Assembly: GCA_003105035.1 (NCBI GenBank)
Contig: PQAL01000042.1
Span: 39,013 to 103,012 of the forward strand
DNA: 64,000 bases
DNA from: Anaerolineales bacterium
GTDB lineage: Bacteria > Chloroflexota > Anaerolineae > Anaerolineales > UBA4823
Reading direction: 5' to 3'
A program made the translations under genes and the position numbers. The notes beneath the pieces were generated by a model, which saw nothing but the letters and a program-made list of their open reading frames with translations, made no database searches and was not told the DNA's origin. Numbering within the stretch: position 1 is the first letter of the stretch; every line of letters begins with the position of its first letter. Below, in pieces: positions 1 to 9,758 of the stretch.

Positions 1-72
1 CCTTCAAGCAGGATGTCGGACTAATGACGGATATTCTAATCTAATTTCAAACGAGTTATGCAGTATCTTGGC

Positions 73-107
73 TGGGGTGACCTGGTATGCACTTTACCGG
101 TTGAGGG
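73..107. repeat. 35-nt intergenic repeat, copy A (tggggtgacctggtatgcactttaccggttgaggg)
   Basis: An exact 35/35 match occurs at 57289-57323. The flanks remain partly similar (cacccgagaccaaca here, gcccgaacccaaca there). Confidence 0.85.
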
Positions 108-284
108 TGGGGGATTTTCACCCGAGACCAACAATTCAATTATTTTCTGGCATCCCCGCAATAGGTCATTATTTTCTCGGCAATTTCGGTATAAATTGAT
201 ATATTTTGACAGTCAATGATGCATCCAATCCCAGTTTGTGGTGTTAGAATAAGCGATTAAATAATCCTATTTATAATAAAAGGT

Positions 285-1583
285 TTGATTGAGATGGATA
301 ATACAGATAAAACATCGGAAAATACTCCGGTCAATAATGCAGGTGAATCTTTTTATGAACAGCCCCTGGTGCAGGTTGAGCGAATCCCGGTAACGGATGG
401 CGTTAAGATTGGCATCCAGCGCGTCACCAATCCACTGGTGGGCATTGGCGGTGCGTATGGGACATGGGGTGAGCACATCGATAATGCAGGTTTACCCAGC
501 ATGCTTGAATCGGTACTTGGCGAAAAGCTGGAGGATGGTGAGCAGCTGAACCTGACCGAATTGGGTTTTCAGCACCGGCAATTCACCCCGGTTATGTCTG
601 AGGCAGAAAATATCGAGCTGGAAGTACAGGTGGGCAAGCGTTTCCTGGTGGAAGCCGCTGATGCTTGTGGTTGGAAGCCTGCTGAGGTGGATGCGGTGTT
701 GGTGGGGATCAGCGGGCCGGTGAGCGATGATTACGTCGAGCGCATCTGCCAGGAAGCTGGCATCCCAGACAGTGCTATCAAGGTGAGCGTGCACAAGGCC
801 TGTGATGGCTCTGTGGCAAGCCTGAACCTGGCACTCAACCCCACATTGCGGGTGCAACAGCAGATTGGGCAAAATCTGGCCAAGGTATTGAATGGGAAAA
901 AAGTATTGGTAGGCGGGATCGAAGGGTTAAGCCGGTTGTTGCGGACCGCGCATGATAAAAATGCGGTGCAAATCTTCGGCAACGGTGCGGGCATCATTGG
1001 CCTGGTACCGGGAAAGTCGATGAAATTCCTGGTTGGCAAGGCGCACGAAGTCTACGATGAAGCTGGGCTGTTGGCTTTTCACATGTTTTACCCGCATTCC
1101 AAGGCATATGTGGAAGGCGAATCGATGATTGAGGTGACCCAACCCAAGCAGAACTTCATCAGGGTTGCAGGGCTGATGCACGAGCCAACGAGGGGGAACT
1201 CGGTGGAGATGGCCGGGATGGTGGGGATGGTGAAGCTATTTGTGCGTAATGGCGCACAGGTGGTGGAGGATGTCTATCAATCCTACAAGCAAAAGATGGC
1301 TGAGCTGGGCATGCCCGGGAAAGAGATTGCGGTTGCCATTGTCCACCACGCCAATTTCAAGATTAACCAGCTGCTGGAGAAGACCTTGAATAGAGATGGC
1401 ATCCATTTTGACATGCCCTGGCTGCTGAATGAATTCGGCAATGTGAGCGCTGCCTCCAACATGATTGCTTTCTTGCGCAAGCTGTCCAGCTTGAAACCCG
1501 GTGATCATATCCTTTTTGATGGATACGGGGCTGGCACGTATTACGACGTCCTTGCAGTTGAACTCGGGGGTCGAACCGAATAA
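285..1583 (+). CDS. KAS III (FabH)-like thiolase-fold condensing enzyme
   Basis: 432-aa ORF. It carries the Cys/His/Asn triad motifs HKACDGS, VHHANFKIN and FGNVSAASN, typical of 3-oxoacyl-ACP synthase III. The first in-frame ATG is at 294. It has roughly 90 extra N-terminal residues compared with a canonical FabH. Confidence 0.7.
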   Translation: MIEMDNTDKTSENTPVNNAGESFYEQPLVQVERIPVTDGVKIGIQRVTNPLVGIGGAYGTWGEHIDNAGLPSMLESVLGEKLEDGEQLNLTELGFQHRQFTPVMSEAENIELEVQVGKRFLVEAADACGWKPAEVDAVLVGISGPVSDDYVERICQEAGIPDSAIKVSVHKACDGSVASLNLALNPTLRVQQQIGQNLAKVLNGKKVLVGGIEGLSRLLRTAHDKNAVQIFGNGAGIIGLVPGKSMKFLVGKAHEVYDEAGLLAFHMFYPHSKAYVEGESMIEVTQPKQNFIRVAGLMHEPTRGNSVEMAGMVGMVKLFVRNGAQVVEDVYQSYKQKMAELGMPGKEIAVAIVHHANFKINQLLEKTLNRDGIHFDMPWLLNEFGNVSAASNMIAFLRKLSSLKPGDHILFDGYGAGTYYDVLAVELGGRTE

Positions 1584-1675
1584 TAGCTTTTAATGGATTG
1601 TTAGGTTTCGAAAAAGAGAGCATTTTCCCGCATAAAGTTCATGCAGGTGACCTCAACCCAACCTACTACTATTAC

Positions 1676-2485
1676 TTAACCAAAACGGCTCTGCCTCATC
1701 GCGAAATCGAGTACCACCCGCATGGATATCTCATTCTCCGCCGTAAAATGATCGGCATTCGGGATTATGAACAGCTCAGCATTTGGGATCCGCTCATACT
1801 CCTCCACCGCCTGCTGTAGCTCGATGATCCCATCCCGGTCACCGAGCATGACCAGGGTCGGTTCGCTGATCTTCTGGAAATCCACTTCCGTGTAGTCGAG
1901 GGGGGTCCACCACAGCTCTGAGATTTGCCTGAGCAGTACTTTCCAATACTCCGAGTCAGGGCTGGAGACGTGCTCAAGCTGCATTTCTTCGACCCAATCG
2001 GGAGAGTTTTGCCTGATGCGCGAGAAATCCACCTGCCCTGGGGCATCGAATCCGGCCATCTTCATCGTGTCGAGGTACACATCCGAGAACTTATACCACG
2101 CCGCCCCCACCACCAGTGCCCTGCACAAGCCAGGATAGCGCATCCCCAGCTCCAACACCACCTGGCCCCCATCACTATACCCGCACACGATGGGTTGATC
2201 AAGGTTTAACGCCTGGATCAAGCCTGCCGTATCCTCCGCCATCTGGCGGTAGCTGAGTATCCCGGAGGGATTATTCGTCCGTCCATGTGCCCGGCTGTCG
2301 GGGGTGATCACCCTGAAATGCGAGCTGAAGATGGGCAGGAATGGCTGCCAGGTCTTGCAGCTGCTCGTACCACCGTGCAGTAGGATGAGCGGTGTGCCTT
2401 CCCCGGTTTCTTCAAAGTACATGTCCATGCCATTCACCGGCAGATACCCGCCTTCTGCCTCGGGTAGATTGTCACGATCGGTCAT
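1676..2485 (-). CDS. alpha/beta-fold hydrolase
   Basis: 269 aa. LILLHGG oxyanion motif, GYSDGG nucleophile elbow (GxSxG), and a C-terminal NADHF histidine. Confidence 0.8.
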   Translation of the reverse strand: MTDRDNLPEAEGGYLPVNGMDMYFEETGEGTPLILLHGGTSSCKTWQPFLPIFSSHFRVITPDSRAHGRTNNPSGILSYRQMAEDTAGLIQALNLDQPIVCGYSDGGQVVLELGMRYPGLCRALVVGAAWYKFSDVYLDTMKMAGFDAPGQVDFSRIRQNSPDWVEEMQLEHVSSPDSEYWKVLLRQISELWWTPLDYTEVDFQKISEPTLVMLGDRDGIIELQQAVEEYERIPNAELFIIPNADHFTAENEISMRVVLDFAMRQSRFG

Positions 2486-2500
2486 GTTCCTGCCTCCGCT

Positions 2501-2872
2501 TTAGCCAATGTTCTGCGCCGTTTTCTTGGCGGTTTTCTCCGCTTGCTTGTGGACGTAATTTATCGATTCTTCAAATAACGGCATGTATTGCTTGTAATCT
2601 TCCGCATTGCTCAGGTTGATCTGGATCCATTCGCGCATCTTCGGCCGGCCCAGCGGCATGAAGGGGATCACGTTTGGGTCACGTTCCAACAGCTGCGCGG
2701 CTGTTTCCACCGGCACTTTGAGACCCACGCCCTGCTCGAAGACACACATACAGAGCTTCTTTCCCACGTAATATGCCGGGTAGCCGAACATCTTGCCCGC
2801 ATGGACCAGCGGGTGGGTGAGCAACAGGTCGTCCAGGATGAGCTTGATAGCGGGATTAAAAGTGATAGGCAT
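2501..2872 (-). CDS. TfoX N-terminal domain-like small protein
   Basis: 123 aa. The KMFGYPAYYVGKKLCMCV...GLKVP pattern resembles the TfoX_N fold. The call is from memory only. Confidence 0.45.
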   Translation of the reverse strand: MPITFNPAIKLILDDLLLTHPLVHAGKMFGYPAYYVGKKLCMCVFEQGVGLKVPVETAAQLLERDPNVIPFMPLGRPKMREWIQINLSNAEDYKQYMPLFEESINYVHKQAEKTAKKTAQNIG

Positions 2873-2985
2873 TCTCTTCTCCGGTCATAATGAACAATAA
2901 CTGGAAACAGCTCAGGAGCTCAGAAAGTAAATTGTATCCGATGAGGCTGGGACACTGCTCATTGGAAGCTCTCTTCCGGCATACA

Positions 2986-3489
2986 TCACGGCCTTACGAT
3001 GAACTCAGGTGAACTGATCGTCGTCCGACCGCCATTCAGGTAATACATGATCTTCAAGCGCTCTTCACCAAGCAAGCCCAGGCCTTCCAGGTTAGTGAGC
3101 TCCAGGTCGAAAGCCTCTCCGGGAGCCAGTGAGTGGATGATATAGTCACCTTCCTGCGGGTAGTTGCCGAATAACGGTTCAATACTGGGGCAGAAACCTG
3201 CGAAATATTCCCACTCACCATCTGCATACTTTTCGACCGTGGTGGGAAAATTTCCTAAGGCGCAGTTCATCGGGCAGTAGATATCAATCGTGCGCTCATC
3301 GAAGTTCTCTATGCGGACGTGGATCGTCTCTCCTGCCCGGTAGGTCAATTTGTCAGTATTGATGAGTACTTTATATATATCCTCATGGCTGAATTGGTTA
3401 ATTAAATAGCAACCTGCCACAAGCACGATTATTCCAGTTGCGACGATCCAAGGCATAATCTTGCGTATTTTCATGGGATGGCCACCCAT
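2986..3489 (-). CDS. membrane-anchored hypothetical protein
   Basis: 167 aa. N-terminal hydrophobic helix IMPWIVATGIIVLVAGC followed by a beta-rich soluble part. An alternative ATG start lies at 3474. Confidence 0.5.
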   Translation of the reverse strand: MGGHPMKIRKIMPWIVATGIIVLVAGCYLINQFSHEDIYKVLINTDKLTYRAGETIHVRIENFDERTIDIYCPMNCALGNFPTTVEKYADGEWEYFAGFCPSIEPLFGNYPQEGDYIIHSLAPGEAFDLELTNLEGLGLLGEERLKIMYYLNGGRTTISSPEFIVRP

Positions 3490-3531
3490 CGCCGTAATTC
3501 CCTCCAGGAAAGCAATTCGGTGTCAGCCAAA

Positions 3532-4434
3532 TTACCCTGTCCTTATTCGGGCTCGGATAAATTCACCAATCTCGCTGATCGCCTGGCGTGCCTCGGGCAG
3601 CCATGGCACGAATATCTGGAAAACATGGAACATCTCCGGCCATACCTTCACCTGAGCCTCAACCCCAGCTGCCCTTGCCCGCGCAACGAATCCAACTGCA
3701 TCGTCCAGCAGTACTTCATTCTCTCCGACGTGGATCAGGATCGGCGGCAAACCTTGCAGGTCAGCATAGATCGGTGAAATCGTAGGCTCATGCGGGTCAT
3801 GATCGCGAATGTAATCGCTGACGATCGAGGTGGAGCCGAGGTTAGCCAGCACCGGGTCAACCTTGTGGCGCGTAGTGTACGATTCTCTCTGGGAAGCCAG
3901 GTCAGTCGCTGGAGATAGCGCCACTGCTCCAGCGGGTAACGGTTTACCAGCCGCCTTAAGCTCCACCAGCAGCGCCAGGCTCAGGTTGCCACCCGCCGAG
4001 TCGCCTGCCAGTACTATTCGCCTGGCCGGTATTCCTTGGGCTTGTAGCCATTCGAAGGCGGTCAGGCAGTCCTCCAACCCGGCCGGGAAAGGGTTTTCAG
4101 GCGCCAGGCGGTAATCAATAGATAAGGCATTAACCCCGCTGGCATAGCACAGGTGCGAGACCATCCCGCGGTGCGTGCGCGGTGAGCCCATATACCATGC
4201 ACCCCCGTGGATGTATAAGATGGCGGCATCACCCGGGGCACCGTTTGGGATTGACCACTCAGCAGGCACGCTACCGGCTTGCACCGCTTCATTCTGCACA
4301 TCCTTATGCAGCTTAAAGAAGCGCTGTGACTGCTCCATACGCTCTCGCATCTGCGGCGGGGTGTACTTTTTATTGGCCAGGTATTTGTTCTGCCTGAACC
4401 AGAAGGTGAGGATTCTGCTTTGGATGGATGCCAT
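3532..4434 (-). CDS. family IV (HSL-type) esterase/lipase, alpha/beta hydrolase fold-3
   Basis: 300 aa. HGGAW oxyanion motif, GDSAGGNL nucleophile motif, and a C-terminal FHVF histidine. Confidence 0.85.
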   Translation of the reverse strand: MASIQSRILTFWFRQNKYLANKKYTPPQMRERMEQSQRFFKLHKDVQNEAVQAGSVPAEWSIPNGAPGDAAILYIHGGAWYMGSPRTHRGMVSHLCYASGVNALSIDYRLAPENPFPAGLEDCLTAFEWLQAQGIPARRIVLAGDSAGGNLSLALLVELKAAGKPLPAGAVALSPATDLASQRESYTTRHKVDPVLANLGSTSIVSDYIRDHDPHEPTISPIYADLQGLPPILIHVGENEVLLDDAVGFVARARAAGVEAQVKVWPEMFHVFQIFVPWLPEARQAISEIGEFIRARIRTG

Positions 4435-4548
4435 GGATTACTTCTCTGTAAACAATGCTGGGTATGGGAAGCTCATCAGGGAATAGAGGTTCCTGCCTCG
4501 CACGGGTAATTTCCCATGGGATCAGGGATGCAATTTACCTGCAGGTGA

Positions 4549-5013
4549 TCAGCTGCCGGGTTTAAACCAGCGGCTATCGTAAAGCACCTCGAAATCAGCG
4601 CTGCGCGGCACCAGCTCGAAGACCGCCATGATCTCGGGGGTGGGCACGCTGGGTTGCCGGGTGGTCAGGTTGAGGATGGTACCCTCCAATGAGACCGTGA
4701 CGGCTTTCTTGCCGTTGGCTTTGAGGAATTCATGTCTCACTTTCCAGCGCATCCCCGACGGGGAAAGCCCGGAGAGCAGGTACTTGATGGTGAGGGTTTC
4801 ACCCAGGCGAGCTTCCCGGTAGAAGGTGGCTGTCAGTGTGGTATATACCGGACCTACGTTCAGGTTGTCGAATGCCTCAGGGGGCAGGTCGTGTTCAGAG
4901 AAAAAGCGGTAGCGTTGCTCAGCCGCTGCATCGATGTAAGCCGAGTAACGTACATGGCGGTTGGCGTCAATATCGGTCCAGCGCACTTCATAGGTCGTTG
5001 CATAAGCATCCAT
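4549..5013 (-). CDS. hotdog-fold acyl-CoA thioesterase (YbgC/FadM-like)
   Basis: 154 aa. The N-terminal YEVRWTDIDANRHVRYSAY motif is typical of the 4HBT family. Confidence 0.7.
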   Translation of the reverse strand: MDAYATTYEVRWTDIDANRHVRYSAYIDAAAEQRYRFFSEHDLPPEAFDNLNVGPVYTTLTATFYREARLGETLTIKYLLSGLSPSGMRWKVRHEFLKANGKKAVTVSLEGTILNLTTRQPSVPTPEIMAVFELVPRSADFEVLYDSRWFKPGS

Positions 5014-5171
5014 CGGTCAGCCTCCACTGGGATGATGTTAGTCTGCTCTGTTTTGATACTATACTCGAATCCTGTGGAGCGTCAAGCACATACCAGGATA
5101 TGCTGCCTGTAGGAAAAATCAAAGTACCCTATACTGGATAAGGAAGCAGATGGTAAACTCATAAGATATCC

Positions 5172-6086
5172 ATGAAAGCTGTCATTTACGAAAAATACGG
5201 TCCACCCGAGGTCCTAAAGCTCACCCAGCTTGACAAGCCTGTTCCCAAGGCAAACGAAGTGCTGGTGAAGATCCATGCCACCAGCGTGACTGCGGGTGAT
5301 TGGCGCATGCGTAAACCTGATCCAATGGCTGCCAGGCTATTTAATGGCCTTTTTAAACCTCGTAAAATCAAGATTCTCGGATTCGAACTGGCTGGTGAAA
5401 TCGAGGCGATCGGTCGCGAGGTAAAACGATTCAAGCCTGGTGACCAGGTATTTGCATTTACCGGTTTTGGTTTTGGTGCTTACGCAGAGTATAAATGCCT
5501 ACCCGAAGGAGGTGCTCCTGAAAAAGTTGGCTTGATCGAGTTGAAACCAGCCAACCTGACATTTTTACAGGCTGCTGCCTTGCCGTGCGGGGCGATGACT
5601 GCCCTCGGATTTCTTACCAAGGCCCATATCCAGCCTGGCCAAAAGGTGCTGGTTTATGGCGCATCTGGCAGCGTGGGCACCTATGCCCTCCAGCTTGCCA
5701 GTGAATTCGGCGGGGAGGTTACCGGTGTTTGTAGCGCCTCCAATATCGAGCTAGTGAGGTCGTTAGGTGCCATTCATGTATTCGATTACACCCGCGCTGA
5801 TTTTTCGTTAGGTGTGGCGGCCTATGACATGATCTTCGATGCGGTCGGCAAGTTGAACCCATCAAAATACAAGCCTGCCTTGAAGGAAGGTGGGAAGTAC
5901 TTTTCTGTAACTGGCTCGATACGCTTGAAAAATGATGATCTTGCCACCCTCAAAGAGATGGTTGAAGCGGGTAAGATCACGCCGGTCATCGACCGGGTTT
6001 ACCCGATCGAACAGATTGTGGAAGCCCATCATTATGTCGAAATGGGCCACAAAAAGGGGAATGTTGTCATTTCCATTCTTGGCTAA
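5172..6086 (+). CDS. NAD(P)-dependent MDR-family oxidoreductase (quinone oxidoreductase/alcohol dehydrogenase-like)
   Basis: 304 aa. GDWRMRKP..., Rossmann motif [18 protein letters not shown], and the end GHKKGNVVI typical of zeta-crystallin-like MDRs. Confidence 0.8.
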   Translation: MKAVIYEKYGPPEVLKLTQLDKPVPKANEVLVKIHATSVTAGDWRMRKPDPMAARLFNGLFKPRKIKILGFELAGEIEAIGREVKRFKPGDQVFAFTGFGFGAYAEYKCLPEGGAPEKVGLIELKPANLTFLQAAALPCGAMTALGFLTKAHIQPGQKVLVYGASGSVGTYALQLASEFGGEVTGVCSASNIELVRSLGAIHVFDYTRADFSLGVAAYDMIFDAVGKLNPSKYKPALKEGGKYFSVTGSIRLKNDDLATLKEMVEAGKITPVIDRVYPIEQIVEAHHYVEMGHKKGNVVISILG

Positions 6087-6208
6087 CATGCGCTGATAAA
6101 ATCACTTTCAATCGACAGTCACGTCTGATGACAGCCAATAACGAGCAACCGATAACGTATTTTGGAACAATTCGCAGATTTCTCAAGGTAGGCACCTGAT
6201 CTGAGGCG

Positions 6209-6988
6209 GTGATGAGCGTCGTCGACTGCTCATACCACAATCCCATGGTCCTGGAGGAAAGTGCCGTCGCGCCCCTGGCTGGTGGGCTATTGCAAAACGG
6301 CTATCAGTGCGGTATTTTGTGGGGCGCTGCGTTGGCAGCCGGTGCGCGGGCATATCAGCTGCTGGGACCCGGCGCATATGCAGAAACCCAGGCAATCCTC
6401 GTTACCCAAAAACTTGTTGAGGCTTTCCGCCTGCGTAATAAAGAGATAAATTGTTCCGACATCATTGGCATGCGCTGGAAGGTAAGCTCGCCGCGCAGCC
6501 TGGCAGCCCAGGTCCTGAAATTCTTCCTGAGAGGTGGACCATTGCTCTGCTTCAACATGTCGGCGAATTTCGCCGAAGCTGCCTTTCGTGAGATTGATCG
6601 CTCTTCTACAGCCAGCTCTGCCATAGCTCCATCCACTCCGGTGAGTTGCGCATCGCTACTCGCCAGTCGCATGGGTGCTTCAGACATGCATGCTGTGCTG
6701 GCGGCTGGTTTTGCCGGTGGCATTGGGTTGAGTGGAGGCGCATGCGGAGCTTTAGGCGCGGCTATCTGGATCATCAGCATGGATCATGCCAAAGTGAGCG
6801 GTAGCAATCCAGGCTTTGCTGACCCACTCGCCCTGGCTGCGGTTGAGAGATATCTTGCTGCTTCCGATAATGAGTTCGAATGCGCCAGGGTCATCAGCAG
6901 GCAGTTTGAGAGTGCTGCCGACCATGCTGCCTATATACAGGGGGGAGGCTGTGCGAAGATCATCCAGGCCCTATCTGCTCCCGCCTGA
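6209..6988 (+). CDS. C_GCAxxG_C_C-family putative redox protein
   Basis: 259 aa. GYQCGILWGAALAAG and GGACGALGAAIW motifs. ATG at 6212 lies 5 nt after a GAGG. Confidence 0.45.
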   Translation: MMSVVDCSYHNPMVLEESAVAPLAGGLLQNGYQCGILWGAALAAGARAYQLLGPGAYAETQAILVTQKLVEAFRLRNKEINCSDIIGMRWKVSSPRSLAAQVLKFFLRGGPLLCFNMSANFAEAAFREIDRSSTASSAIAPSTPVSCASLLASRMGASDMHAVLAAGFAGGIGLSGGACGALGAAIWIISMDHAKVSGSNPGFADPLALAAVERYLAASDNEFECARVISRQFESAADHAAYIQGGGCAKIIQALSAPA

Positions 6989-6997
6989 TTTATCGTA

Positions 6998-8293
6998 TCA
7001 ATCGGATCTCTTCCTGTGAACAATCACCAGCGTAAAATCATCTAAATATCCATAATGGTCAGAATGGCTCTCTGTTGCCTGGATAATCTTATAGATGATC
7101 TCTGCGGCTGATTCGTGCTCGTTTTCTCGTATCACGTCCGTCAGGCGTTGCAATCCGAAGGTCTGTCCAGCCCGGTCCATGAGCTCGATCACGCCATCGG
7201 TATACATGCCCAGGATATCCCCTTCATCCATGGTGCTTAACCCATCAGTGTAATTCAAGTCCTGGAATATTCCCAAGGCAGGGTTATGGTTATCCAGCTT
7301 CTCAACCTCACCATTGGCTCGTAGCTTGAAGGGTGCCGGGTGACCGCAGCTCACATAAGTCAATTTTCCAGAAGCTGCATCCAGGACCGCGTATAGGGCG
7401 GTTACAAAGTGGTGGTCACCTGTGAACTCAGGTAAAATCTGGTTTATCACACTGGCTATCCCCGCAGGGGTAGATCGCCCACGCGCCTGGGTGCGCAGTA
7501 AAGCCCGGAAAGCCGTCATGACCAGGGCGGATGAGATGCCATGCCCGGAGACGTCTGCAATGGCCAGACCAAGGCAGCCGGGGGAAAAAGAGATGTAATC
7601 AAAGTAATCTCCGCCGATATCATCGGTAGGGATACATATTCCCGCGATATCGTAACCCTCCAGCTCTGGTGCTTCGTTGGGTAGCAGCCTTGATTGCACT
7701 TCCCGGGCAGTCTCCAGCTGCCTGTTGATCAACATCTGCTCCATCAGCTGTTTGTGCAGCATGGCTTTCTCGATCGAGATCGACGCAGCATCTGCGATAA
7801 GCTGCAGCACCTCAACATCCTCCGCATGATAAACCGATACCCGGTCGCTCTCTAAGTTCAGAGCACCAATTGCTCGTTCATTACGAATGATCGGCACGGC
7901 GATTTCTGAACGAGTCGTGCGGCGTCCTTCCACGTAGCGCGGCTCCTGCCGTACATCCTGAACGACCACGCTCGTGCAGTGTTGGATCACATAACCGGTG
8001 ATCCCCTGGCCGCGCATCAGCATGTCGTCATTTTCTGGCGGGTTTGGGTCAAAACCGCGGCGGGCGATTCCTGCGATCATTCCCAGCGAAGTTTCGTGCC
8101 GGCCTCGCACCAGGTCTTGATTGAGCACGAAGATACCGGCAGCGTCGTATTCCAGTACGCTTCGTACCACATCCAACAGGTGCTGCATGATATCGTCCAG
8201 GTCTAAGGTATCGCGCACCTGGTGGGAGATATCCAGTAACAGCTGGTATTTTGCTTCAGAGGTCAGTTTCACTGCCCGCCTGCCTTTCTCCAA
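6998..8293 (-). CDS. GAF-domain PP2C (SpoIIE/RsbU-type) serine phosphatase
   Basis: 431 aa. N-terminal GAF-like region, then GGDYFDY and ADVSGHGISSAL PPM motifs, then DDFTLV at the C-terminus. The 5' end overlaps the upstream gene by 38 nt, so the true start may lie further in. Confidence 0.8.
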   Translation of the reverse strand: MEKGRRAVKLTSEAKYQLLLDISHQVRDTLDLDDIMQHLLDVVRSVLEYDAAGIFVLNQDLVRGRHETSLGMIAGIARRGFDPNPPENDDMLMRGQGITGYVIQHCTSVVVQDVRQEPRYVEGRRTTRSEIAVPIIRNERAIGALNLESDRVSVYHAEDVEVLQLIADAASISIEKAMLHKQLMEQMLINRQLETAREVQSRLLPNEAPELEGYDIAGICIPTDDIGGDYFDYISFSPGCLGLAIADVSGHGISSALVMTAFRALLRTQARGRSTPAGIASVINQILPEFTGDHHFVTALYAVLDAASGKLTYVSCGHPAPFKLRANGEVEKLDNHNPALGIFQDLNYTDGLSTMDEGDILGMYTDGVIELMDRAGQTFGLQRLTDVIRENEHESAAEIIYKIIQATESHSDHYGYLDDFTLVIVHRKRSD

Positions 8294-9206
8294 GTGCTTT
8301 GCGGATTGCCGGAACCGGGATGTTTGCCCTGTCCACCAATATCCATAGCTCTTCGATCATCCGTTGTACTTCGTCTGGTGCTTGTGAAATGTGATATTCC
8401 AACCCCACCTCCCCGAATCTGGAGTTTAGCAGCAGCCGGGTGGATAGCACACCGATGAAGTCCGGCAGGTTGACCAGGGTGGCTTCCATCCTGGGTACCA
8501 CTTCGTGGCCCAACGCCCGCACGAGCCTAAGTCCCTCCCGCCGGGCAGCCACGTATAGCTTCAGGTCATCCGTGGCCCTGCCCAGCTCACGGACCTTACC
8601 CCCGTGTTTCAACACCAGGCTGGCAATGATGGCAACCCCCACCCCGTGGTTCAGCTGGTAATCCACGATGTTATCGGTGAGCCTGGCTCTAAATCCTCCC
8701 TGGGCAAGGATCTCCTTCAGGCGTTTTAATCGGCTGCTGATCGTCCCGTCGATCTCCCCCATGGGTGACGCAGCCGATTTGAACAGCATGGCCTTGATCA
8801 GGCCGCCTTCCCGCTTGCCGGCTGCATAGACCCCACCCATCATCGCCCGCCCTTTACCCAGTGCCTTCACGAACTCTTCCGGGCCCAGCAGGTTGTTGCC
8901 CATAAAGACGATATTCGGTGAGGCGTTCTGCGCCAGGAGGGGTAATAAGTCCAATTCCTGGTGCTTACGGACGACCACCAGAACATACCCGTATTTATCC
9001 TGGGGAGAGAGCTGGTCAATCACCGGCACTCGGGTGATCTTGCGTTTGTGGTTGAAGGGATTCTCGATCACCACCCCTGCATTGCACAGCTCTTCATAGC
9101 GTTTGCCCCTCGCCAATAGCCTCACATCCACCCCGCCGCGGTATAACTCTGCGGCGATGGCTGAGCCGTTCACGCCTGCCCCGAGCACCAGGACTCGTTC
9201 CGCCAT
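8256..9206 (-). CDS. ketopantoate reductase (ApbA/PanE)-family oxidoreductase
   Basis: 316 aa. N-terminal Rossmann motif VLVLGAGVNGSAIAAEL and a helical C-terminal domain. Confidence 0.55.
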   Translation of the reverse strand: MAERVLVLGAGVNGSAIAAELYRGGVDVRLLARGKRYEELCNAGVVIENPFNHKRKITRVPVIDQLSPQDKYGYVLVVVRKHQELDLLPLLAQNASPNIVFMGNNLLGPEEFVKALGKGRAMMGGVYAAGKREGGLIKAMLFKSAASPMGEIDGTISSRLKRLKEILAQGGFRARLTDNIVDYQLNHGVGVAIIASLVLKHGGKVRELGRATDDLKLYVAARREGLRLVRALGHEVVPRMEATLVNLPDFIGVLSTRLLLNSRFGEVGLEYHISQAPDEVQRMIEELWILVDRANIPVPAIRKALGERQAGSETDL

Positions 9207-9349
9207 GTTGCCCCTCCTGCTGACTTTATCATTGGGATGGAGACCAATATTACTATATGCCGTTTACCTTCCCTGTCAAGCACGATTCTTGATTTTTTTC
9301 CATTACGGGCACCAGAGTATTGTCGTTGTAGCTATCCCCTCGCTCTGCG

Positions 9350-9737
9350 GGGGAGAATCCCCGCTGGTTTTCGGGGAAGTACTGAAGGTTTTGTCATTGC
9401 GAGGAGTGAGGCCAGGGTTTATCTAGCTAAACGACGAAGCAATCTTCCCCTCACCACCCAGTGCCTGTATATCCTTGAATGTCTGTCGATCACGATGGTT
9501 GAATGAAGATCCCGGCATAGCCCAACGGGCGGGTGCATCGGAAGGGACCGCCTTCCATGTAAAACCATGGATCCCACAATGACATGCAGGTTTTTTTGTC
9601 ATTGCGAAGGAGCATAGCGACCGAAGCAATCCTCAGGGGATTAAATTAATCATTACACATTCCGTCAGCTCTTAGCACAGAATGGTTATGTGAAGATTGC
9701 TTCGACCAGCAAAGACCGCTGTTCTCGCAACGACAGG
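9350..9737. repeat. cluster of short palindromic intergenic repeats (gtcattgcgagg...cgaagcaatc family)
   Basis: Copies lie at 9393-9451 (+), 9598-9637 (+) and 9692-9737 (inverted). In addition, 9350-9377 is the exact reverse complement of 63465-63492 (28 nt). Confidence 0.8.
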
Positions 9738-9758
9738 AAATGTCAGTGTGAGATTCCC

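Noticed and set aside
206-250. Sigma-70-like promoter for the KAS III-like gene (ttgaca at 206-211, tgttagaat at 242-250)
   Set aside because: The two hexamers are 33 nt apart, far from the 16-18 nt optimum. Only the extended -10-like element is plausible, and that is too weak to report as a feature.
9103-9629. ORFs of 68-107 aa across the 9.2-9.7 kb spacer
   Set aside because: They are translations of the palindromic repeat copies (VIARSEA.../...RRSNL-type strings). They overlap one another in different frames and strands.
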